Below, piece after piece: positions 27,656 through 35,989 of a stretch of DNA of 64,000 nt. Location of the stretch: the IMG/VR virus record IMGVR_UViG_3300016471_000834, positions 23,766-87,765 of that record; one strand, given 5' to 3'. The number at the start of each line of letters is the position of its first letter. Positions within the stretch are counted from its first letter, which is position 1. This DNA comes from a virus (Duplodnaviria; Caudoviricetes). A program made the position numbers and the translations under genes. The notes beneath the pieces are model-generated. The model saw only the letters and a list, made by a program, of their open reading frames with translations. It searched no databases and had not been told where the DNA came from.

Positions 27656-28224
27656 CAGCAACTCCTCAGCACACCGTCCGTGAGGAACCCGTGGTAGGAG
27701 GGAGTCAGGATCGATGGACTGGCCGTGAGCTTGGGGGCCTCTCCCGTCACAGTCCATCCGGTGCCGTGGACTTGACCGTTCGATCTGGCCCGCTCGTCCA
27801 CGCACCATGCGCCACCAGCGGGGAGTTGTACGACGACAGGAGGCCGCTTCCCCTCATGATCCCGGATGTACTCCGGCGAGAGGGACCAGCGCCCATCGAG
27901 CAAATATGGCGCGTACCACATCGCGCCAGCTGGGGCCTGTGCGAGATGACGAAACGTGCTCCCGTCGCGAGGGTCTCGGTACCACCGCCCGGAGCTGGTG
28001 CTCGTCGTATGGGGACTGAAGATGTGCCCGCAGTCGCACGTCGTGGGCACCCGGGGATCTCCATCCTCCGGGATGTCCGGAGCGCCTTCGGTGTCCACGT
28101 CATCCACATAGCTGGTCGCGTGGTGGTAGTCACCATGCACTGTGCATGGGCCTTTCTCGAAGCGACCGTAGCTATGCCATCTCCGGCCAGTCTCCTCGAG
28201 CATGAAGCAGACGTGCTCAGTCAT
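27655..28224 (-). CDS. Hypothetical protein with C-terminal DUF6527-like motif
   Basis: 'WTVTGEAPKLTASPSIL...YHGFLTDGVL' C-terminus. Confidence 0.6.
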   Translation of the reverse strand: MTEHVCFMLEETGRRWHSYGRFEKGPCTVHGDYHHATSYVDDVDTEGAPDIPEDGDPRVPTTCDCGHIFSPHTTSTSSGRWYRDPRDGSTFRHLAQAPAGAMWYAPYLLDGRWSLSPEYIRDHEGKRPPVVVQLPAGGAWCVDERARSNGQVHGTGWTVTGEAPKLTASPSILTPSYHGFLTDGVLRSC

Positions 28225-28475
28225 CACCCTCTCCTCCCGTGTTCCAAGCCGCGCTGGTACCACTGTGCAGCCTGCCAATCCACATCTCCGCCGCAAGAGA
28301 TGCACCTCGAGCGACTGTTGAGGCCCGGCCCCAGCCGGACGAAGACATGAGGCCCGGGACAGGCCTCGAGCCTCTGGGCGTTATCCTTGGCCTGCTTCCA
28401 GACGTCACCGATCTCGTCGCGGCTCAGGCCGGTGAACTTCGAGAGGATGCCAGCCGGGTCCCGCGTCGTGCTCAA
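28224..28475 (-). CDS. Hypothetical protein (CxxC)
   Basis: TTG start overlapping the upstream stop. Confidence 0.5.
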   Translation of the reverse strand: MSTTRDPAGILSKFTGLSRDEIGDVWKQAKDNAQRLEACPGPHVFVRLGPGLNSRSRCISCGGDVDWQAAQWYQRGLEHGRRG

Positions 28476-28702
28476 TGTCGGCTCCCCTTCATGCCTTCCT
28501 TGAGTTCGGCATCGGAGATGACCACCTGCCCCGTTACGTGCCCATGCAACTCCCGGTCTCGAGCCAGGAGGAACCGCACAGTCGCCTCTGCCTTTGCGTC
28601 CGGGCACAGGGTAGGATCGACATCATCCCCGTCCGGGGTCAGGAACTGGCGGAAGTCCCTCGGCCTGCCTTGCTGGCGGAGTTCCTTGAAGTTGACGGGC
28701 AC
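28472..28702 (-). CDS. Hypothetical protein
   Basis: GGAGG RBS before GTG. Confidence 0.5.
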   Translation of the reverse strand: MPVNFKELRQQGRPRDFRQFLTPDGDDVDPTLCPDAKAEATVRFLLARDRELHGHVTGQVVISDAELKEGMKGSRH

Positions 28703-28711
28703 AGGATACCT

Positions 28712-29040
28712 CCAGAAACACGAACGCCCAGGGGTTTATCAGGCCCCCGGGCGTCGCGTAGAACCTGTTTTGCCGCGTGGCCGCTTCTGCCCGGTAATCC
28801 GGCAGTCCACGCCCCGTTTCCTCGCTCCTCCCGGGGGGAGGGACTTCTCCGGGTATCTAAGGCAACTTTGGACACCGAGAGCATTGGCCCCCTGGAAGAT
28901 CTTTCCTCCAGGGAGCCGCCGCCGTCCGGCTATAGCGGGGGAGCGTTGAACCCAAAGCGGTAGAACCGAAGTCCGTAGCGCATACCCAGGGACCGCGTTG
29001 CACGCGACCTCCCCCTGTGGGATCTGGTGAGCAGCAACGT
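28712..29040 (-). ncRNA. Candidate structured RNA (ncRNA or long 5' leader)
   Basis: ORF-poor gap with at least six stem-loops, including a GGAC-UUCG-GUUC tetraloop (28963-28974). Confidence 0.35.
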
Positions 29041-29141
29041 GCTCTGCTATAGATGTACACCGAGCGCTGGATTTCTTACAACTATTTTCGTGAGGGACAA
29101 TCTTTTTCGCGGGGAGGATGACGGCAGGGTACAGAGGGGCC

Positions 29142-29456
29142 TCAGATGTTGCGGCGCGGACTGATGAGATAGCGCCGGGGCTGGGGCAGCTCGCGCACGG
29201 CGTAGGTCGGGACATCGATCTCGGACAGATTCTCGCTGTGGGGACGGAAGGGCAGCGGAGCCTCGATGCGGTACTCCTCGAAGCTGCGGATGGTCAGGTC
29301 CGGAACGAACGACGGAAGGTCCGGAGGGAGCGCATCCACATGGGTGTTGACGCTCGTACTGCCCGGCGAGAAGGCCATCAGAAGCAGCGCGGCAGCCATC
29401 GTCATGGCGCAGAGAATGATGCGGAACGACCGCGAAAAGGTGCTGGGCAAGGCCAT
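29142..29456 (-). CDS. Hypothetical protein with N-terminal hydrophobic segment
   Basis: GGAG RBS; 'IILCAMTMAAALLLMAF' signal/TM-like stretch. Confidence 0.5.
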   Translation of the reverse strand: MALPSTFSRSFRIILCAMTMAAALLLMAFSPGSTSVNTHVDALPPDLPSFVPDLTIRSFEEYRIEAPLPFRPHSENLSEIDVPTYAVRELPQPRRYLISPRRNI

Positions 29457-29571
29457 CGGAGACTCCTTCGAAGAGATGTGCTGAGTGTGCGCCGGATTGG
29501 CGCGGGACAAACCTATCCAGAGCATAACTGTCAGGGGTCGGACTCGTCAACGACTTTGCGGTGGCTCGAGC

Positions 29572-31953
29572 TCATGCATACCACTGCGGGTCTACCCCTT
29601 CCTCCTCCTGACGCTTCGCTTCCGCCTGAACCAGCTTACGGAACGCCATCAGGCCATCCAAAGCACCGGTGAGCGCCGTGGCAGCTCCCTGGACCTCTCC
29701 ATCCCCGAACCACTGGAGAACGTCAGCTGGCGTCATGGGAAGGACTCCCCCGAACCGAGCGGCGCTGTCCATGTTCGCCAGGTACAGGGCTCGAGCCGCC
29801 TCGGCTGTCTCCTCGCACATGACCACCTTGTACTCGTCCCAGGTTCCCGTGGTAGGGTGAACCTGGATGACGACGAACGCCTTTCCCGTTGGCTTTGCGT
29901 CCGGCCTCCACCAGACGTCTGCAGGCTCACCATCCGTGCCCAGCGTCCCCTTGATGTAGCCGTAGTTGGCCGTGAGGGGGGCAGACCCCTCGAAGCGCAC
30001 GGCGCCGGCCGGCACTTCGGTCACCAGCGTCAGCCCGTCGAGCACTGTTTCAGGCAGCTCGCCTTTGCGGGCAGCTCGAGCGGCGGCAGGCTTTGCGTCC
30101 TTCGGCTTTGCAGCCTGGGGCTGCTCCTGAGCTGCCGGGAGCGGCTTGGGCTTCCTGCCGGCTGCCGGGGCTTTGCCGGGGGTCGACGGGGTCGGCTGCT
30201 CGCCGGGCTGTCCTGCGCTGGCCCGAGCGGCAGTGGCTTGAGCCTTCAGCTGCATCTCCAGCTGGGTTCTAGCCTGCTCCTCAGCCTGAGCCGTTGCATT
30301 CTGGATGGCGTCGGTGATGGACCCGTTGGGGTCCATGCTCTTGTCGAGCATTTGCGTCACCAACTCGAGCGGCTTATCACCCCACTTTTCCTTGATGAGC
30401 GGGGTCTCGAGTCCGGTGAGCTCATTCCAGAGCCGGATGAGCTGGTTCGGGGAGGCACCACCTCCCTGCACAACCTGCCCGACCACCTGGGCCTGACGGT
30501 AGTTCACCGCGGCCAGAGACTTGAACCGCAGCGTCCAGTAGTTGACGCCCATCTCCGGCAGGAGCCGGGTATTGAGGGGTGTCTCCCATCGGAGTTGCCG
30601 AATTGGCCTGAATACCTGGTCCTCTGTCACGCTGAGCGCGGTGTCGGCGGTCTCTCGGTTGTAGCTCTCGGTGTCCCCGTAGAAGATGGGGGAGAGCCGG
30701 AACATCCGAGCCACCGCCTGCCTCGATGTAGCGATGAGCGAGTCCTTCCCATGGTAGATGGCCTCGGGGACCTCCCAGGTAATGTCCTCCATTGCCATCC
30801 GGGGGGCGGCATCCTTCGTACCGTTCAAGCTGTCCATGCTCGTGTCGGTCTCCGCCTCGAGGACGAGGACGCTGAAGCTCTGCCGCTCCCCTCGAATGGA
30901 GTCGGTTCCCTCGAGCTTCGCCATGAATTGCTTGAGCGAGGCCTGCTTCCAGGTACCCCCGGCGATCATGGCCACCTTCAGCCCGATGGGCGCCTTCGCA
31001 AACCAGCGCGGCATGAGTTCTGCCGCTGATCGCCCGGCGCGAATGTGCGGGGAGGCTCCGACCCAGGAAGGCACGCCGTAGCTCCCCTCTGGGAAGTAGT
31101 TCGCGAAGTGAAGTACCTCGGTTCCGTTCAGGTCAGATCCATCCTCAGCGGCAGGCCACGGATCATTCCTGAACGCGCCTGTGCGCCAGTTGATGTGGCG
31201 CGGGTCTCCGAACGCCTTGAACCAGCGGATGCCATTCGCCGTCACCTGACAGAAGGCCCGGAAACGCTTGTAGCGCTGCACAGCCACCAGCTTCCCCGTC
31301 GTCGGGTGCCTCACCGGGATCTGCACAGCGATGAGATCGGACGGCGTCCCGTGAAGCATGGTGGCGGCCTGAATGTGCTCGAAGGCGGCGATCTTCCCCA
31401 TGCTGTTTCTCAGCACCTCGATATAGCCGTCGCCAGTCACTTCCACGTCCAGGTCCACCCGATGCGTCAGGAGGGCGATTCCCATGCCCCCGTTCTCGTC
31501 GACGAAGCAGGTACTGAGAAACAGCTCGAGTTCGTTTTTCTCCTGGTCTGCCTCTGGGGGAGGCTTCAGCGGGTTGCCCTCCTCATCCTCTTTCGGGAAG
31601 AGTGGGATGAGCTCGTATCCGAGCCCCGTGATGTTGTTGGTCATGGCGGCGATGGCTGGGCCCAGAATGTCGCTGTGCTCGTAGTGCAGCACCAGGTCTG
31701 GCTTGCTGTACCGCTGCGCCTCAAGCGCGCCTCTCTCAAAGAGGGATTCCGCATTGGCAGCGGTCGTGCGCGAGACTCTGCTCGGCTCGATTTCAGGTAG
31801 CACATACTTCGGATCAACACCCTGGTCTTGTGACTGTGCAGACGCATCTTCACGTGGAATCTGAGGAATCTTCTCGCTATCGGGGGACTGCTCAAACCCC
31901 GCGAATGGAAGAACCAGACCAAACTTCTGAGCCACTTCAGGCCGATCGCTCAT
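29572..31953 (-). CDS. Portal protein with C-terminal inorganic-pyrophosphatase-like (InPase) domain
   Basis: Portal motifs 'AI....NNITGLGY', 'D.E.TGDGY.E..R...G.I...EHI.A', 'E.LHF..Y.P..SYGVP.W', 'MFRL.P..YG....YNR.TA'; follows TerL; C-terminal domain after an A/P/K linker. Confidence 0.9.
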   Translation of the reverse strand: MSDRPEVAQKFGLVLPFAGFEQSPDSEKIPQIPREDASAQSQDQGVDPKYVLPEIEPSRVSRTTAANAESLFERGALEAQRYSKPDLVLHYEHSDILGPAIAAMTNNITGLGYELIPLFPKEDEEGNPLKPPPEADQEKNELELFLSTCFVDENGGMGIALLTHRVDLDVEVTGDGYIEVLRNSMGKIAAFEHIQAATMLHGTPSDLIAVQIPVRHPTTGKLVAVQRYKRFRAFCQVTANGIRWFKAFGDPRHINWRTGAFRNDPWPAAEDGSDLNGTEVLHFANYFPEGSYGVPSWVGASPHIRAGRSAAELMPRWFAKAPIGLKVAMIAGGTWKQASLKQFMAKLEGTDSIRGERQSFSVLVLEAETDTSMDSLNGTKDAAPRMAMEDITWEVPEAIYHGKDSLIATSRQAVARMFRLSPIFYGDTESYNRETADTALSVTEDQVFRPIRQLRWETPLNTRLLPEMGVNYWTLRFKSLAAVNYRQAQVVGQVVQGGGASPNQLIRLWNELTGLETPLIKEKWGDKPLELVTQMLDKSMDPNGSITDAIQNATAQAEEQARTQLEMQLKAQATAARASAGQPGEQPTPSTPGKAPAAGRKPKPLPAAQEQPQAAKPKDAKPAAARAARKGELPETVLDGLTLVTEVPAGAVRFEGSAPLTANYGYIKGTLGTDGEPADVWWRPDAKPTGKAFVVIQVHPTTGTWDEYKVVMCEETAEAARALYLANMDSAARFGGVLPMTPADVLQWFGDGEVQGAATALTGALDGLMAFRKLVQAEAKRQEEEGVDPQWYA

Positions 31954-33743
31954 CGCTTCTCCTCCCTATGAAATCGATGCGGGAAGGGGGAGACCCGACT
32001 CGATGGGGGGTCTCCTATCGTCTTCCTACGCCTATCGTCTCGCTTCTCCATCCACCTCCGGATCTTCGTGAGCGCGATCCAGAGTGCCATCACCGTATCG
32101 TCGTGGGCCTCGGCTCCGATTCCGTGGAGCTCTCCGACCAATGTGTCCAGCTTACGCTTCTCCTCCTCGCTCGCCCAGCAGAAGGAGATGTGTCCAAGCT
32201 GAAAGAGCAGGGCGAGCCCCGGAATGCCCTCGTAAGCGTTGTGCTTCTTGCTGTCCGTCGTGAAGCCCACGATCGGCAGCTTTGCGTCCCGCTTCAGACC
32301 CCACTCGATGAGTCGACCCCCGGCATTATTCTCGACGACTACGAAGTCGGGCCGGATCAGGTCGTGCTCAGTGGTGACCCGCTCGCAAATGTCCAGCGGA
32401 GTCATGCCCCTCTTTCGGTATAACCGGATGACATCAATCTTGTCATCATACCTGAGCCCCAGCGTGATCCCCACGGTGTAATCGCTATCTCGCTCCCTCG
32501 CTTTGTGCTCGTCGTCCACAAACGCAAGGTCCCAGGCCGTCATCACCACCTGGTACAGCGCCCCAGGGGGGGCCATCCGTGCGATCTCCTCCGGGTTCCA
32601 GGAGCTCACCACTGTACCGAATGGGATTCTTGGCATGGGGCCGTAGGCGAATCCGCGACCACATCCCCGATTCATGGCAGCGGTGAGCCATTCATGCCTG
32701 AACGGACTGGTCTCGTCGTCGTAGGGGAGGTTCAGGTACTCCTGGGCGAAGGCGACGGGCCCCACAAGCCTCATCTGCTCGCGCAGCGCCTCGAGCGTCC
32801 ACTCCTCGGGCCACAGGGGGACAGTCCCATCTACGTCCGGCAGTCCGCCCTCATTGTACAGCGCCGCGTATCGCCGCTTGATCCAGCTCGTGAAGTTCCG
32901 TTCGTCCAGCAGTCGGGATAGGACCGAATCAGCGTGCAGAATGGTCCCGATGACGATGGTGAGGCACTTCCCCGCCTTGCCTCCGGTCCCGATGAGGGCC
33001 TTCAGGATCCACTTCTCGAGCTTGTCCCGCTGGAGCTTCGTGATGACGAGATCGTCGTTCTCCAGGTCATCCACAAGGATGAGGTTGGGCCGGATACCAG
33101 CCTTGACGTGTCCTCGCACACTCCCGTGCGAGTGTGCAGCCATGACCCGCACACCCGTGGTCGTTGTGAAGTCGTGGTCCGTCCAGGTCTGTGTGGACCG
33201 CTTCCGCTTCCCCTGGGGAGGTCTCGAGGCCGGCGTCAGATCCCCGTAGTCCTGATGGAGCAGTTGATTCATCTCGAGCTGGTCCCGGATATCCTTCACC
33301 CGCTCAACCGAGTTCCCCGCGGTGTCACCGGTGATGATGATGAAGGGAGGACGGCCCCTGAAGTGGGGCATGCGCTGCCACTCGTGAATCACCCACAGGG
33401 CAAGGCCGATGACCAGCGTGGTGCTCTTCCCGTGAGCTCGAGGCGCAGCATAGGCCGCCGCAACACGGTCTCGATTCTCACCGTCAGCCGCCTCCATTGG
33501 CTCGTGCCAGAGCATGGCGTGGGCATCCGCCCAGAGTTCTCTGTGCAGTCGCCCGGGAAGCTGGCTGAACATGCCGGGGAGGTAGCGATAGCACCAGGCG
33601 CCCATGTGCTCGGGCGCAGCTTTCGCCTGGATAGCCTCAAGGGTGAGGATATCCTCTATCAGCACGGCCCGCTCTTCGGCCTCCAGGTCGAAGTTCGAGA
33701 GGGCGAGCCCGCTTGGTGCCAGCTGCGTGCTCGACGTGCTCAT
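31950..33743 (-). CDS. Terminase large subunit
   Basis: Walker A 'APRAHGKST', Walker B 'LILVDDLE', 'IGTILH.DS.L', RNase-H-like 'AWDLA...DYTVG' and 'HDDTVMAL'. Confidence 0.93.
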   Translation of the reverse strand: MSTSSTQLAPSGLALSNFDLEAEERAVLIEDILTLEAIQAKAAPEHMGAWCYRYLPGMFSQLPGRLHRELWADAHAMLWHEPMEAADGENRDRVAAAYAAPRAHGKSTTLVIGLALWVIHEWQRMPHFRGRPPFIIITGDTAGNSVERVKDIRDQLEMNQLLHQDYGDLTPASRPPQGKRKRSTQTWTDHDFTTTTGVRVMAAHSHGSVRGHVKAGIRPNLILVDDLENDDLVITKLQRDKLEKWILKALIGTGGKAGKCLTIVIGTILHADSVLSRLLDERNFTSWIKRRYAALYNEGGLPDVDGTVPLWPEEWTLEALREQMRLVGPVAFAQEYLNLPYDDETSPFRHEWLTAAMNRGCGRGFAYGPMPRIPFGTVVSSWNPEEIARMAPPGALYQVVMTAWDLAFVDDEHKARERDSDYTVGITLGLRYDDKIDVIRLYRKRGMTPLDICERVTTEHDLIRPDFVVVENNAGGRLIEWGLKRDAKLPIVGFTTDSKKHNAYEGIPGLALLFQLGHISFCWASEEEKRKLDTLVGELHGIGAEAHDDTVMALWIALTKIRRWMEKRDDRRRKTIGDPPSSRVSPFPHRFHREEKR

Positions 33744-34384
33744 TACTTCCCTTCAGCTTTGCCCTGGATCACTCCCAGACCCAGAGCCGCCATTTTCCGC
33801 TCCGCTGCAGCTCGACGTTCAATCAACTCAGCTCGCGGGAGTTTTGCCAGCTTCTTGATCTGCTCCTCATCCTCTGGGGAGATGGCGGGCTTCTCCTCCC
33901 CCATGCCGATCGCACGACGCTCGATGCTGCTGGTCTGGTAGATGAGGCGGGACAGGGACTCAAGCTCGAAAGAACTAATCTTGGTACGCCCCCCATTCCC
34001 CTCAAGCTGAGTCAATCTCGCGTCGCACAGTCGCCGGATACGCTGTGCAGCCTTCAGGTCGGCGAGACGCGATTGAGTGAGATGCTTTGCAAAGTCAGTT
34101 CCAACCTCTATATCCCCCTCGAGAATGGCCTTCGATTGCGTCTGGGACCGAGTCTGGTCCCACTTGAGCGCCCGGTCCTTCCAGTGGTACTCTCGAAACC
34201 AATCATTCCAATGCCCAGGCGCATGTTTGGCGTCCTGGTGCCCTTCTGTTGTACGGTAGGCATTCCGTACACTCCGCTTTCCGGGCAGATTCCGATAAAC
34301 CAGAAACGCTTGGAAAGCGTCAGACGTTTCTCCCTCCAGAGGATTCACTGGATCTAAATTGTCAACTGCCATTCTGCCCCCCAA
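33743..34384 (-). CDS. Terminase small subunit-like protein (copy 1)
   Basis: Directly upstream of TerL; 'GET..AF.AF..YR.L...RS...AY...W..W...Y.W..RA..WD' N-terminal motif. Confidence 0.7.
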   Translation of the reverse strand: MGGRMAVDNLDPVNPLEGETSDAFQAFLVYRNLPGKRSVRNAYRTTEGHQDAKHAPGHWNDWFREYHWKDRALKWDQTRSQTQSKAILEGDIEVGTDFAKHLTQSRLADLKAAQRIRRLCDARLTQLEGNGGRTKISSFELESLSRLIYQTSSIERRAIGMGEEKPAISPEDEEQIKKLAKLPRAELIERRAAAERKMAALGLGVIQGKAEGK

Positions 34385-35021
34385 AACTCTTCAGCCGCTG
34401 GATGAGCAGCTTCCGGTACTCGCGCAGCTCTTCTACAGACATACTCTCGAGCTGTGCGGCGAGCAATACCCATCTATTATTTGGCGCATCCTTGGCGTAA
34501 ACGCCAGAAGTATCTTCCGGCTGGCCAACTTGCACAGTCAGCGAAGGCGGGGCGTCCATCTTGAGCAGACGACGCTCGAGTTCGAGCCCGGTGGTGAGGA
34601 AGCGAAGCGTCTGCTCAGGGTTCAAATCAGACACGTTATTTAGGCCAGTAACACCTTTCGACTGTATGGTGCGCACAACCTTGAGCTGACGCACAGCCGT
34701 CGTTTTGACCTCCTCGGCCATCTCTTGTAGTGCCACAGCGCTCAGGGTCTGGCGCACCCATACCCAATAGGCGTCCCGTCGAATCTCCCAACTCCACGTC
34801 GATGACCAGCCCGTCCATTGCCCACTCGGAAACTGCGCGCCCGGATGGCCTGCCTCCTGGTATGCCTTCAGGAGGGTGCCATCATGGCCCAGATCGCGAT
34901 ACCGCATAAAGGCGATGTATGCGTCCGCAGGCTCCCCAGGTCTTTGGTCCCATAGCGTTCTCGGTGTCGGCTGTACAGGAGGCGGATTCTTCGGGGGACG
35001 CTGCGATGTCCCCTTCCCCAT
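34362..35021 (-). CDS. Terminase small subunit-like protein (copy 2, paralog)
   Basis: Same N-terminal motif: 'WDQRPGEPADAYIAFMRYRDLG...AY...W..WS..W.W..R..AY'. Confidence 0.65.
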   Translation of the reverse strand: MGKGTSQRPPKNPPPVQPTPRTLWDQRPGEPADAYIAFMRYRDLGHDGTLLKAYQEAGHPGAQFPSGQWTGWSSTWSWEIRRDAYWVWVRQTLSAVALQEMAEEVKTTAVRQLKVVRTIQSKGVTGLNNVSDLNPEQTLRFLTTGLELERRLLKMDAPPSLTVQVGQPEDTSGVYAKDAPNNRWVLLAAQLESMSVEELREYRKLLIQRLKSFGGQNGS

Positions 35022-35024
35022 GAA

Positions 35025-35972
35025 CTACTCCTTCGACTTTGCAGAACTGCCACCCATGTACTCGCTGCACAGTCGCTCGAGTCCACGCCACCGCTTATCC
35101 GAGTCGAGCTCTCCCCTGGCCACCATCGCGTCCAGCGCTCGATTCATCTGCACAGCCGTTGCTGCTGGCACCTTCGTCACACCTGCCACGCTGCACAGTG
35201 GCACCCAACCCTTGTGCTTTGCGCTTCCATCATCTGCGGTGTAGCCGCTTTGCAGGTCAACTAGGTGCCGTTCAAACACGTCCAGCATGCACAGGAGGCT
35301 CACCGCGACGTTCCGCACACCGTTGGCAGCTCCTGCAGCCTCTATGCCGTCCATCAGACGCTGGTACTCCGCAAACCGGGCCAGGAGCACAGCGTCCCCG
35401 GTGATGGCCGACTTTGCAGCTTCGAACACGCTCAGCACCTTCTCGGCCTCATCCGGCAGGAAGAGGTATTGCACAGTCTGAAAGTCCAGGTTGGCCTCAC
35501 TCAGGCCCGTGATCTTGGGTTGCTCAATGAGTCCCAGGGCTTTGTCATCCAGACCGGAGTAGGCCCTCCAGTCCACGTCATCGATCTTCTCGAAGAGGCG
35601 CCGCAGAATCTCCGGGTCGTCCTCTCCCGTTATGGCGTTGTGCGAGAGCTGGATCGCCAGGCGCTGCGATGGGTCCAGGGGCTGACGGGTGACCTGCAGC
35701 TGGATAGTCTCGAGGCCGGCGACGATGGAGCCCTTCACTCTGTGATTCCCGCTCAACACCTCCCACTTCCAGACGCCATCTTCCCAGGTCTGGATCGGGT
35801 CCTCGGCAGTGTAGTGCCCCAGGGGTGCCGCAAACGGTATCTGGCTCAGGCAGCCGTCCCGCTTGATGTTCGCCACAAGGCGCTGGAACGTCTCGGGCTT
35901 CATGTACCGCGCATTCTCCTCCAGCAGCACACAGCGCCGGGGGTCAATCGTGATGATCTCGGTTTGCAACAT
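35025..35972 (-). CDS. ParB/Srx-like N-terminal domain protein
   Basis: 'NARYM....F..LV.NI.RDG.LSQ.P...EVLSGNHRV......GL.TI' ParB-like signature. Confidence 0.8.
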   Translation of the reverse strand: MLQTEIITIDPRRCVLLEENARYMKPETFQRLVANIKRDGCLSQIPFAAPLGHYTAEDPIQTWEDGVWKWEVLSGNHRVKGSIVAGLETIQLQVTRQPLDPSQRLAIQLSHNAITGEDDPEILRRLFEKIDDVDWRAYSGLDDKALGLIEQPKITGLSEANLDFQTVQYLFLPDEAEKVLSVFEAAKSAITGDAVLLARFAEYQRLMDGIEAAGAANGVRNVAVSLLCMLDVFERHLVDLQSGYTADDGSAKHKGWVPLCSVAGVTKVPAATAVQMNRALDAMVARGELDSDKRWRGLERLCSEYMGGSSAKSKE

Positions 35973-35989
35973 CGCTCACATCTCCACTT

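Noticed and set aside
28712-29040. tRNA, tmRNA or group I/II intron
   Set aside because: I could not find a cloverleaf with T-loop (GTTCRA), a CCA end, a tmRNA tag frame or intron core motifs; kept as an unclassified structured RNA candidate.
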